In this document: positions 27,693-37,699 of the stretch, piece after piece | Numbering within the stretch: position 1 is the stretch's first letter | Layout of the letters: every line of letters starts with the position of its first letter | Virus record (IMG/VR): IMGVR_UViG_3300003886_000028 | Coordinates: 1-57,143 of that record | Source of the DNA: a virus | Lineage: Duplodnaviria; Caudoviricetes | Length of the DNA stretch: 57,143 bases | Strand: one strand, 5' to 3' | Notes under the pieces: generated by a model | The model's input: the letters and a program-made list of their open reading frames with translations, nothing else | Databases searched by the model: none | Told to the model about the DNA's origin: nothing | Translations under genes and position numbers: made by a program

Positions 27693-29898
27693 TGGGTCCT
27701 TGTTGTTGCGTAACCGCTGCTTCGGTAGCGATCATACGTTCCTTGCTACCTCGTTCCTCGCGAGCATCATCCAATTTTGCACGGAGTTCGTCAAGTTTCA
27801 TGTTGTTCACCCCCGCGAGCTTGATGAGTTCTGTTTCTCGATTCAAGTTTGCTAACGCGATTCGCCCGTCCCATTCCATTTGCTTTGCGTTCATCGCAGT
27901 TTCGAGCTTTATCATTTCCAGATCGGGCTGGGGCGGCGATTTAGCGGCCTTAGCCTCATCCTGAGCTATTTCTTCGTTGGTCTTCACCAGATCGTTGGCC
28001 GGAATCATCATGGTCTGTGCGAGCCGGCGCAGTCCGAGTAATCCCTCTTCCTTCAAATATTTTCCGAGCGTGGGATGATTCGCGAAATTTCCGAGGAATA
28101 ACAGCAGGTTTGCGCTTTGGAGTTCGCGAACCAACAGTACCGAGGTACCGCGCGCATCCACTTCGAAATCACCTTTGATCTGCTCTTTCTTACTGAATTG
28201 CATCAGGAAGTCGTACATCCGACGAATCGTGGGCGTGGTGATATCGTCGTCCCAGTTTTTCACAATTCTCCGAAACACAACGTTCGCCGAGTTCATTAGC
28301 AGTGACATGCCCTGGGCAGTCTTAGTTACATTCGCGCCCTGCTCGCCCTGAGCAATAACGGGCATGCTCGTTTCCTCATCGATATTGCGTTTGCACAGTT
28401 CGATGAGGGCCGATAGTTCTTGTAGGTGGCTATCTATATTAATGACCTCAAACGGTTTTTCGTTCTTGGGTGCTCCTGATTTTCGTATCCATATTTTTCG
28501 CGGCTCCAGCGCCCACACCCCATTCTCAGGCTCTATAATTTTAGGGTTAACAACAATTTGTGGACCCGACGCGAGGCCAGCGTTGTCCATCAGTGCCCGC
28601 CATGCCGCCGCCATAGCGGCCTGCGGGTCTCGCATGATGTAGGGGATACCAAACCCAAATATGCTGGCATCGTCCTTTTCGAGGCAAAACACGCTGTAGA
28701 TCGGATCACCGCTATCGAGATAGTGGAGTCCAAACTTCAGCAATTCGCCCTGGCAGAACCAGACAACGGCTTCGACTTCATCGAGCGGGTCAACCTCAAT
28801 GTCTTCGAGATCACTAAGAATGCCCTCGTTCTGACTCAACGCCGCGATTTCCTTCATTTCGTCCATGGACAGCGGGCCGTGATATTCCCAAACGTGGTAT
28901 CGATCGGTCACGCTTTCGTTGTACGACCCCGTGATTGATCGTAGATCAGCCAGGTATGTCGGGGTGGTGCTATTTGCGCCCGCAATGATGAGTCGACGAA
29001 TCGCGTCCTTATCAAAGCCGGGACGGCGTGAGAGTCGGCGCAGTTGTTTCTTGTTCAGCATGTGGCGTTCGTAATTGCCCTCGCTGTCCTCAATTTTAGT
29101 GGCATCCATATCGGGGAAGAAGTTCCACGGGTCGGTACGCCACAACACGGGTCTGGTGTCATCGACCTCGTTCATCGAATATTCGGTCTTGCCCTCAATA
29201 ACCTCGCCATTCTCATCAAGCAGGTTCTGCAACTTCCAGGCACGCCGCGTGCGATCGCCAATTACCGGGCCTTTGATAATGCCGGTCCCCATTTTGCAGG
29301 CGTCATCAATGATTTCGCGGGCCTGAGCCGCGTAGTTGGCTTGGCGCAGATGGTCGTCAATCTCTTCTTCCATGGCCCTGGCGCGCTTTTTAGCCTCATC
29401 CATGCGGGCCTGGACCGACTCGGCGGCTTGTGCCGAACCTTCAGCAGCCGCTTTCAGTTGAGGGTTTTCGGGATCCGCTGCAGCCGCAATTTCAGCGGTG
29501 GCGGCGGCTTGCGCTACTTCTTCTGCCTCAACGGTGAGTTCCGGGACCGGTGTTGGGCCTATTCCCCAGTTGCGATCGTCGGTCGGAAACAGCATGTCCG
29601 ATAGCCGCGACGCCATAGCGTTTGTCTTCGGGCGCGTCGAGTTTATGAACAACATTGATTTTCTTGCTTTTTTGAACTCTTCTTTCAGGCCAGTACTGTA
29701 TCTGCCATGAAATTGAGCCAGATCATCGAGCCAGCGTTTTTCTACAATTTCCCGCTCACCGACGCGCCGCTCCGCCTCTTTGTCGAGACGGCCCACGATG
29801 GCGGCGAGGCGTTCCGCGGTGTCTTTTTTCTGGCTATCGTCGTCGGGATCGTTGAACGATTCGCCGTATTCTGATTCAGGCTTTGGAGTGGATGCCAT
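27673..29898 (-). CDS. portal protein
   Basis: 741 aa; TRPKT, GTGIIKGP, DPWNFFPD, FGFGIP, TAQGMSLLM, IKGDFEVDARG. Confidence 0.9.
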   Translation of the reverse strand: MASTPKPESEYGESFNDPDDDSQKKDTAERLAAIVGRLDKEAERRVGEREIVEKRWLDDLAQFHGRYSTGLKEEFKKARKSMLFINSTRPKTNAMASRLSDMLFPTDDRNWGIGPTPVPELTVEAEEVAQAAATAEIAAAADPENPQLKAAAEGSAQAAESVQARMDEAKKRARAMEEEIDDHLRQANYAAQAREIIDDACKMGTGIIKGPVIGDRTRRAWKLQNLLDENGEVIEGKTEYSMNEVDDTRPVLWRTDPWNFFPDMDATKIEDSEGNYERHMLNKKQLRRLSRRPGFDKDAIRRLIIAGANSTTPTYLADLRSITGSYNESVTDRYHVWEYHGPLSMDEMKEIAALSQNEGILSDLEDIEVDPLDEVEAVVWFCQGELLKFGLHYLDSGDPIYSVFCLEKDDASIFGFGIPYIMRDPQAAMAAAWRALMDNAGLASGPQIVVNPKIIEPENGVWALEPRKIWIRKSGAPKNEKPFEVINIDSHLQELSALIELCKRNIDEETSMPVIAQGEQGANVTKTAQGMSLLMNSANVVFRRIVKNWDDDITTPTIRRMYDFLMQFSKKEQIKGDFEVDARGTSVLLVRELQSANLLLFLGNFANHPTLGKYLKEEGLLGLRRLAQTMMIPANDLVKTNEEIAQDEAKAAKSPPQPDLEMIKLETAMNAKQMEWDGRIALANLNRETELIKLAGVNNMKLDELRAKLDDAREERGSKERMIATEAAVTQQQGPSGGGYF

Positions 29899-29899
29899 G

Positions 29900-30643
29900 T
29901 TAGTAGGCCGTCCTGGGGTCAGTGGCCGTTTGGCCGTGAATTAAGTGCTGCTGAACCGGCACTGGTATAGCAATAGCTTTGCCGGAAAGCACGATATACC
30001 GCATTGTATCCATCAGATGATCAAAGACATTGACAACATTACCTTTCTCGTCTCGCCGGTACAAACGGTACTCGGCCTGCCAATTCATTAGGGTTTTGAA
30101 TATCTTGAGGCGGCCCGTGGAGAGCAGGTTCCAAACGTCGTAAATCCCAGCCTCCAGCGCATTCGCTGACTCGGTCAGGTTCAGTCCGAGATCCCGATAC
30201 GTGACCAAAAGCTGTTCACCGTCTTTTTGACTGCGCCCTCGCGCCGCGGGATCAATTAATCCCGGTATCCACTCGCCGCGTGCCTGGATTGCGGTTACGT
30301 GAATCGAGGGTTCGGCCTTGCCACGGTAGTGTTCGGTGTACATATACCAGCAGTCGGACTCTCGATCGAGAGCGGCCCAAAGCGCGGCGGTGCGGTTCCA
30401 GCCCACATCCAACGCATAAACGCGTGGCCAATGAGCGGGTATCGCAAACGGGTCAACCAGAATTTCCGACAATTGAATCGGGTAAATCGCGCCAGCACCG
30501 AGGCTTGGCTCGCCTTTTGAGCGCGCGTCTCGTAAGTACTCTGGCGTGGCCTCCATGAGTTCACGCTTGGTCTTCTCGTCGAGATGGGGCACATCGTCCC
30601 AACTCGCGGTGACCAGATACTTCGATTGTGATATTTCAGGCAT
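29900..30643 (-). CDS. terL: terminase large subunit, C-terminal RNase H-like nuclease half
   Basis: WDDVPHL, ALDVGW, IDPAARGRSQ, YRRDEKG, DHLMDTMRY. Confidence 0.9.
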   Translation of the reverse strand: MPEISQSKYLVTASWDDVPHLDEKTKRELMEATPEYLRDARSKGEPSLGAGAIYPIQLSEILVDPFAIPAHWPRVYALDVGWNRTAALWAALDRESDCWYMYTEHYRGKAEPSIHVTAIQARGEWIPGLIDPAARGRSQKDGEQLLVTYRDLGLNLTESANALEAGIYDVWNLLSTGRLKIFKTLMNWQAEYRLYRRDEKGNVVNVFDHLMDTMRYIVLSGKAIAIPVPVQQHLIHGQTATDPRTAY

Positions 30644-30805
30644 AAAGCGGTTTCCGTCGCTTACCGGTACAAAACTTTCCCGACCTCACCGGTTTACCCA
30701 TGACGCGCCCGGCAGAAAAAAGCAAATACGGGGTTAGGCACATTTAGGGAGCGACAGCATTACAGGTAGCACCGCGAGACTACCCTGGAGTCGAGGTCGC
30801 CCCAG

Positions 30806-31201
30806 TTATGAGCAATCCGCATCGCAAAACGCGACCCGGAGCGTGCCTTCGCGCACGTCGTTATTGGATAGCCCGACCCAAAACCCGCCGGCGGGAATGC
30901 GGAAGTCGCTAGTCGTTAGGCCTGTCGTCGGACTCGTACCCAGCTGCATATGCATGACCTCATCGCAGTAAATCCAGAGATATCGTGTACTCGATGTAAA
31001 CGCACTGGCGATTGCGGCTGGCGCAGTCGCCGTGACGACCTGCGTCCTCGGTGTCGGCGCCGTGACTAGCGGTATATTAATCCGATTGCCACCCAGGTCG
31101 GTGATCAGGCTCGTGAACTCCGAGACCGAGCAGGTCGCGGCCAATGCCTGAGATAACGGCAACAGCGCCAGCAGTAGTGTTGATAAAATCAATCGCTTCA
31201 T
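30806..31201 (-). CDS. secreted beta-rich protein
   Basis: GGAG RBS; signal peptide MKRLILSTLLLALLPLSQALA; four Cys. Confidence 0.75.
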   Translation of the reverse strand: MKRLILSTLLLALLPLSQALAATCSVSEFTSLITDLGGNRINIPLVTAPTPRTQVVTATAPAAIASAFTSSTRYLWIYCDEVMHMQLGTSPTTGLTTSDFRIPAGGFWVGLSNNDVREGTLRVAFCDADCS

Positions 31202-31219
31202 TATTTCTCTCCAGCGGGG

Positions 31220-31453
31220 CTAATCCCAGTTATCAGGAAATCTAAACAAATTTTTCAGGTCGTTGTCACTACTCACCGGGGAGGGCGGGTCGGGTGGCAG
31301 ACACGACTCATCCAGGTACGAGGCTTGCATATAAGCGGGACCAAAATATCCGCCAGCGACAAAGCAGTCTGCCTCAAGGCTGGCATTGCCAACCGAAGAA
31401 AACAATACCAGTCCGGTGGCGGCCAGGGCTACGGTGCTACTACGCCTTCGCAT
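31220..31453 (-). CDS. small putatively secreted protein
   Basis: basic N-terminus, hydrophobic core, GNA cleavage-like site, two Cys. Confidence 0.5.
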   Translation of the reverse strand: MRRRSSTVALAATGLVLFSSVGNASLEADCFVAGGYFGPAYMQASYLDESCLPPDPPSPVSSDNDLKNLFRFPDNWD

Positions 31454-33292
31454 ACTGCGTTCTCCACAATGATGTAGTTGTCGGTGCTTACCGCGGCGGT
31501 CATTGGTCTGAACAGCACGGTATCGCTGGCGGCCGTGAAGCTGTAAATGCAGCTGGTCTGGCCCGCCGCAGCACCCGAGGTCATGACGATCGCGTTGCCC
31601 TTCCAGTAGTCGTTACCTTGCGTGAGCGCGGCGTCAACACAGGTCGTGGTGGATCCAGAATCACACGTTCCGGTGCGTAGCGTGTAACCGTTCAATATGG
31701 AAACTGTGGTCACCGCTCCAATCGTGTTGTTTTCACCGTTATATCCGGTGCCATCAAAAAACCGTTCCGCGTTATCGGCGGCAAACGCATCACCAGAGAT
31801 AGCCCCAACATCAACCGTGTCTGTAGAGGCATTGAAATACGTGTCGGACGGGACGGATCGTGCGATAAACTCAGCATCTGTTGGCGAGTCATAGGCGAGC
31901 AATGCTGCATCCATTTCTGATCGCATCTGGACCGTGCTGAGATTGTTCAGGTTACCGATGATGTTGCCAGCAGTACCCGCACCGTAAGCGCCTGGCAGCG
32001 CCGTCAACCACGGATCTCCGGCCGAGGCGGCACCGTCCAACAGCAGATCGAGCCTGCCGCCATCTGCCCACTCGGTTTGCAGTATGTTTGTATCCGCAAC
32101 GATTGCGGAGTTTGTATCCATTTCAATTCGAATTTGCTCAACCGTAGGAGATGAGCCGCCAGCACCGGTAAGCCACGCTACATCACCCCGGGCGCGTATC
32201 GCGGCGAGGCTATGGGTGCCGGTCAGGAACCCTGCGCCCTCAATACCCACAAACCTTGTGGGATAGTCGTCAGTCTGTAGTTCGTTTGTATCGGCCAGGA
32301 CCGCATCCAGGTCTGTGCAGAGCTGAAATTCGAGTGTGCCGGCAACCGGAGAAGCACACGGAAGCGCGGCCCATGCCGCGGTGAAATCGTTAGCGGTTTG
32401 CAGTGGCGTTGAGATTGCGGTGCCATTCCAGAACTGGGCATCAGCTGGAACAAACTCGCCAAACGAACCTGTAGCCGTATGACCCGCCCGAAGCTCATCC
32501 CACACTCCATCAGCTATTGCGGCTACCGTGGGGGCAGAACCACCTGCACCTGTAGTCCATGTCCCCGCCCCACCGGCAGTGGTTTGAACCAGTATGGCGT
32601 TGATGTCGGCGCTATTATTATTAGCGGTTTGAGCCGTGCCGGCAACAGCCGCGATATCAACACGTCCGGTTGTCGCTGTAATCGACAAATCCGACCAGTT
32701 AGTCGGTGCTGACACAGCCAATATTGCTGAGTTAGTGCCGCGCATCGGAGCGGTGTCGACACCGTCCGTACCGCGCATATTGGCTACGGTCGTGACATTC
32801 GCGACAGTATCTACCGCGGGATCGAAATAATCAGCGGCCAGTACCGTCCGCAAGATCAAGTCGGCATTTATCAATCCATCGTAGTCAACCAGAGCGGTAT
32901 CGGCTTCGGAATTTACTTGCGCTGCCGTTAGCGAACCAACAGCCGATGCTGCGTGAAAGTTGTCATAAACCGACTCTTCATACACATAGCAGCGCGTGAA
33001 ATAGGGTGCAGCGCCAGCAACCTGCACATCAATACTCAAAATTCCTACCGTTGCGGTATCCGTAGCGTCAAGAACAATTTGGTATTTCCCAATCTCGTCG
33101 TGCGTCGCCCCGCCCGATATCCGTGTTGGCAATTGTCAGCGCCGTTTCAGCCGTTACCCCGTCCGTTGAGTCCACAAACGGTCCCAGCAGCAATTCCTGA
33201 CTGGCCGTAGACTGACGTAACGCACAATCGGATGCTAACGCCGGAATCGACAACAACGATGCGAATACCGCAATAGTTATTCGTTTGATCAT
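31429..33292 (-). pseudogene. tail-fibre/adhesin-like protein with signal peptide, frameshifted at ~33116
   Basis: 5' ORF (signal, LRQSTASQ..GPFVDSTDG..TIANTDI) continues in another frame as SGGATHDEIGKY..LDATDT; Ala/Thr/Asp-rich fibre repeats. Confidence 0.7.
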
Positions 33293-33294
33293 TA

Positions 33295-34050
33295 TCAATT
33301 TTCCCCTAAAAGCTGTCGGTTGTAGTGAAATATCGCATTATTTGTGGCGCTTACTACAAATCCTCTAACCACAACTGTTGTCGCTGTCCAATTCTCGCTC
33401 TCGCTCAGCGTAAATGCGCTGGGATCATCAGTATCCGCCGCCAAATCCCGACGCGCCGAGAATATACGACACGACGCGTTGACTGTATTGTTTACAATTG
33501 TTGATGTCTGCCCGACCGTATAATCTGTAGGCCAGGTGCTGACGCTTGAATCATCATCTGAAACGCCCACTATGGTAATGAACGTATTGTCATCGACACC
33601 CCAACTCGCTGTTACCGCAGTTGGATCAGGATTGGTATTGCCCCCATTCGCGTAGACCGAAATTTCTGGTGGTGTCGTGCCGTGCCAATTCTCAATGCGA
33701 TAAACCTGTCCGGCCGTCTCTGTGGCGCCGAACTGAAGGCTGAACGATATTGTCGTACCACCCTCAGTTCCGTCCGATATTCGATAACCCGTCCACGTAG
33801 CAATCCCACTTCTGAGGCCCTCAGCGAGTAATGTCCAACCTGCCGGCACGGTTATCGCACCAACGCTGTTCCCGGTCGATAAGGTCACAATTAACAAATC
33901 GCCGCTATTAACCGTGGCTGGATTGTCAATTATCGCGGGGTTTCCACCCGTCGTATTCAACGTTTCGGTTATCGTGATGCCTGTCGGGAAATTCGCGTAG
34001 ACGGCTCCCGACAGGAGGACTGTTACCAAGAGTATTAAGCGTTTTCTCAC
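33295..34050 (-). CDS. secreted beta-sandwich tail-type protein
   Basis: GTG start overlapping upstream TGA; signal peptide ending VYA; GDLLIV..PAGWT motif. Confidence 0.7.
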   Translation of the reverse strand: MRKRLILLVTVLLSGAVYANFPTGITITETLNTTGGNPAIIDNPATVNSGDLLIVTLSTGNSVGAITVPAGWTLLAEGLRSGIATWTGYRISDGTEGGTTISFSLQFGATETAGQVYRIENWHGTTPPEISVYANGGNTNPDPTAVTASWGVDDNTFITIVGVSDDDSSVSTWPTDYTVGQTSTIVNNTVNASCRIFSARRDLAADTDDPSAFTLSESENWTATTVVVRGFVVSATNNAIFHYNRQLLGEN

Positions 34051-36141
34051 GATCCCGGTTTCCACAGAATTGATCCGCCGTCACCCGACCCGCCGCCGCC
34101 ATTCGAGGCTGCACACCACACCACGCCATAGCGCGGGATTGCTGCGGGTGTCCATGATCCACCGTCGTTCGTACTGATGGGCAAATTGTCCCAACACGGA
34201 TGCGTGAATGACTCTAACGTCCACTGCGAGGAGAGCGTGGTTCCCGGAACATCATTGTTGGTCCAGACCCTGTTACCGCGACGCTCCAACAACATTACTG
34301 TTCTATCGTTACGTGGATCGATCAACAGGTGGGCACCAGCATTGATGTCGCTCTGTACGCTAATTGGGAGCGGTACGAGCTGCGGTGTCGCGCTCGGATT
34401 GATCCCATAGCTGGCCGGAATGACAATACCGTCCAGCGAGACGTCGCGGCCTGAGCCGAAAAACACGACGTCATGGCCGGGAATATACAAACTGCTGTTG
34501 TGGTTTCGGTTACCGTAGGGCGGTCCCAAACCAAAATTAGCGCCCTGTGTCCAGGTTTGAGCGAGTTTGTCGAACCACGCAAAACGCAGTCGAACCACGC
34601 AAAACGCACTGAACTGTACGCGAACAGCCCTGGCCTGCCTGGCCCCATTAGATTTGGATGATACGCCGCACCTGGATTAGGGCTATCCGTTGACCAAATG
34701 TCGAACGCCGCTAACGGCAAATCAGTCCACGTGTCGGCAGATCGTGAATAGTGTCGGATCGTGCGCGTTCGGACGGGTGCTGCGGTGTGACCGTCCTCGA
34801 CATGGTAGTAATCGCCCGGATCATCCGTGTGATCAAATGCTGCAGTCCAAATATGCCCAACCTTGCCTGGCGTGACATCCAAATTGGGTGAGCGCCATGT
34901 ATTTGTTTGTTCATCGTAAATAAAGTGTCTGGCCGCTCCCCCACTCTGCGCTTTGCCCATATACTGCAATTCACGATTCTCGTTATCCCAAAACGCGGTG
35001 CGGTTCTGCCACGAAATATCGAACGCCTGGCTCTGCGGATTAAACGCAATCGCATCGGCAGTCCACGCACCGTTTGCCAGTGCCGCTGCGGCCAGTTCCA
35101 GCACAGAGCCGCTAAATGTACTCGGCGGCGGGATGTATTGTTTGGAGAAAATCAACTGATCGTATTTTTGCCAGAAATCAGTCGCGATGTTAAATCCATT
35201 GTGAAATGTGCCTAAGATTGTTGCGTTCCACGCATGTGGGTCAATTTCCTGATAATCAATCACTTCTGATTGGGCATCGAATATTGTCGTATACGTTTTC
35301 TCACCTGCGCGTACACGCCTGACAACAATTCGGGTGGTCGCGGCGAGTTCATCACCCGGTCCGACTTGGTACAGGTAATGGATCCATTCATCGGTAATGT
35401 GCGGAACGTTGGGTACAACAGTCGTCGTAGACTGCCCACCGGCTTTGTACAAATCGAAATCAACACTATTTTCGTAGTTGGTAACCAGTTCCTGCGCGGT
35501 CAGAGAACGTTGGGTTCTTGTTAGATATTTTATTTTTCCACCGTCAATCCCGACCGGTATTCGCCGCGGGTCTAACTTCATCGCCATTTGAAAATAGAAT
35601 ACATCCATGTGCCCTCAGATGCCGGACCATAGTCACCACCGACCCACGTCTGAGTTTGATTTCCATCCGGCACCGGCGCCCATGTTCGCAACGTTAAGTT
35701 GCCGCCATCGGCCGGATCGTTAGTGACTTTTCCGTTACCCGGTGCAGCCATCGGTGAAAACGGACGCCACCAATCTTTTCCGTCGGTTGAGCCTGCCGCT
35801 CTAAATGCCTGTAGAGACCCGCCTCCTGTTAGAAAATCGTTAGTGTCTCTGAATATAGAGTTTTGCGGGCGCTGCAATCCGGGCGCATCAAGTGGGTCAT
35901 TTCCATAACCATTCGTCCAGCGGAACTGAGCAACTTCTGCGTCATCGCGAAAATCATGATTCCAAACCACGCCGTCCAGATTTGAGCGGTATTGCCAGTC
36001 ATTTTCCGCCGCGCCTGTCGGGGGTGGAGGCGGCTCCACCATGATCAATCCCGCATCGGCATCGCCGATCAACGCACGGCCCACCGCCATTAGGATGGCT
36101 AGGAATACCACTCCTATGCTGAGTATTTTGATTTTTTTCAT
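34047..36141 (-). pseudogene. ~690-aa secreted lyase/lectin-like plus Kelch-like propeller protein, broken by two frameshifts
   Basis: three overlapping ORFs; joined by +1 nt at ~35607 and by removing a 20-bp tandem duplication at 34569..34608. Confidence 0.7.
34569..34608. repeat. perfect 20-bp tandem duplication
   Basis: GTCGAACCACGCAAAACGCA x2. Confidence 0.95.
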
Positions 36142-36162
36142 AGACGGGTATTTCCGGGTCGG

Positions 36163-36990
36163 TCAGTTCAGGATGTCCGGCCGCTGCTCCGCCGGCAAAA
36201 ACGACAAAACAACTTCGGAGAGGCCGGATAGCGGGGTAAACGTTAGCAGGGTAATGCCGTTCAACGTGGCGGTTCGGATCAATGCTTCATTATAAACGTC
36301 CATTGGTGGTTCCTCGTCGAACCAGATTACGTGCTTGCCGGTACCCTGAAATGCTTTTCGGCCCTGATCATAGCTTTTTTGACCCAACAATGACCAGCCC
36401 CCACTGACGTGTCGGATCGGAACCGTGTCCACAACGTTTTGTACACCCGATCGCCAAATCGGCTGGCCAATCAGGTCACCAGGTATAACGCCCGTGCCAT
36501 CGACACCCCTGCGTCCACCTCGCCACGTGATCTCTCCGAGCAGATTTAACTGGATAATGTCTCGGGTCGTCTCGTACGTATCGCCAGCAACCCAGGCACT
36601 AATTGGGCTCTCGAAGCGCTTTCCCTCCCACCAGTGCGGGTATAAGCCGGTGAGGTGACACGACGTCTCATAGCCACCACCACCCAGGGTTTTTCCGATG
36701 CGGTTTGCGCACATGAAGCAGCGCTCGCGGTGCGTCGCGCCGACACTGAAGAAGTCGAGGTGTTTTTGGTACCGGTCCCGGGCATAGATTATCTGATTCG
36801 GCTCAATCAGCCCGCCCAGTATTGAGGGTCCTGTCCATATCGTGGTTTCGTCGGGAAACAACGAATAAAACAGGCGGGTCGCCTGAAACGAGTCTTTTTT
36901 GCGAAACAGTTCAAGCTGGCGGCGCTTGTCCGCAAGAGTGCTCCCGCCGCTGGGCCTAACCTGCTGTATCAGGCCTGGCACTAGAATCAA
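36163..36990 (-). CDS. terL: terminase large subunit, N-terminal ATPase half
   Basis: Walker A ANRIGKT, FQG, Walker B IWFDEEPP, coupling motif TFTPLSG; start codon uncertain. Confidence 0.9.
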   Translation of the reverse strand: MILVPGLIQQVRPSGGSTLADKRRQLELFRKKDSFQATRLFYSLFPDETTIWTGPSILGGLIEPNQIIYARDRYQKHLDFFSVGATHRERCFMCANRIGKTLGGGGYETSCHLTGLYPHWWEGKRFESPISAWVAGDTYETTRDIIQLNLLGEITWRGGRRGVDGTGVIPGDLIGQPIWRSGVQNVVDTVPIRHVSGGWSLLGQKSYDQGRKAFQGTGKHVIWFDEEPPMDVYNEALIRTATLNGITLLTFTPLSGLSEVVLSFLPAEQRPDILN

Positions 36991-37492
36991 TGCCGAAGCG
37001 CTGCAATTCCCTGTCGACCTCCTCTTCAGTCATCATATCGATGTCCTGATATTTGATTGGGCCACCGCCCCTACCCGTGACCTCGCGACGGTTCGTGTGC
37101 ACATCGCCAACCTCCTTGGCGATGCGCTCCAACATATCGGCCATTGCCACGAAATTCTTATTGCCCTTGAACGCCCGACTCGCGTTGGCGAGCTGGCGTA
37201 CCCGTACCGCTTTATTTGCCTCGGGCACGAATTTGTCGATGTGTTCCAGGAAATTCTTACGAGTCCGCTCATAGAGCTCTGCCCATTTCTTCGCACACCG
37301 CGCGCCGGCCTGTTTAGTGTGGTCGTATTTCTCCACATTCTGCGGAGTGATCTTTAGGCCGAACTCAGTGTAGACCGCATCGGCCGTTTCCTGGGGTGTT
37401 GCATAACACGCAACCTGTTGAACGATAAAGGTTCTGTGCACGCTGGTAAGTATGTTCCTGCGGCGCCTTTTTGCCTTCTTTTTGGACGCCAT
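36956..37492 (-). CDS. terS: terminase small subunit (DUF2280-like)
   Basis: FIVQQVACYATP, YD.TK.AG, LE.IAKEVG, EVTGRGGGPI. Confidence 0.8.
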   Translation of the reverse strand: MASKKKAKRRRRNILTSVHRTFIVQQVACYATPQETADAVYTEFGLKITPQNVEKYDHTKQAGARCAKKWAELYERTRKNFLEHIDKFVPEANKAVRVRQLANASRAFKGNKNFVAMADMLERIAKEVGDVHTNRREVTGRGGGPIKYQDIDMMTEEEVDRELQRFGIDSSARPDTAG

Positions 37493-37699
37493 CTACCCCC
37501 CTCCACACCCAGTATCGATGATCCGACCGTGCCGGGAAGCCTGCTGTGCCGCCTCAATCAGTCCCTCGGCGAGTTCAAAGGTCTGCTCCACCGTCAGCTT
37601 CAGGTGATCCACATTTTGCGTCCGAAAGTCGACTAAAACACGGCCATCGTGGAGCGTACCAACCACAACACTCACGGCGGTATCAGGGGTATCAGGCAT
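37493..37699 (-). CDS. hypothetical protein
   Basis: 68 aa, abuts terS. Confidence 0.55.
   Translation of the reverse strand: MPDTPDTAVSVVVGTLHDGRVLVDFRTQNVDHLKLTVEQTFELAEGLIEAAQQASRHGRIIDTGCGGG

Noticed and set aside
30644-36162. Group I/II intron, intein or transposon interrupting terL
   Set aside because: No recognisable catalytic core, maturase, transposase, intein termini or terminal repeats; both halves have their own start and stop. A covariance-model search is still needed to exclude it fully.
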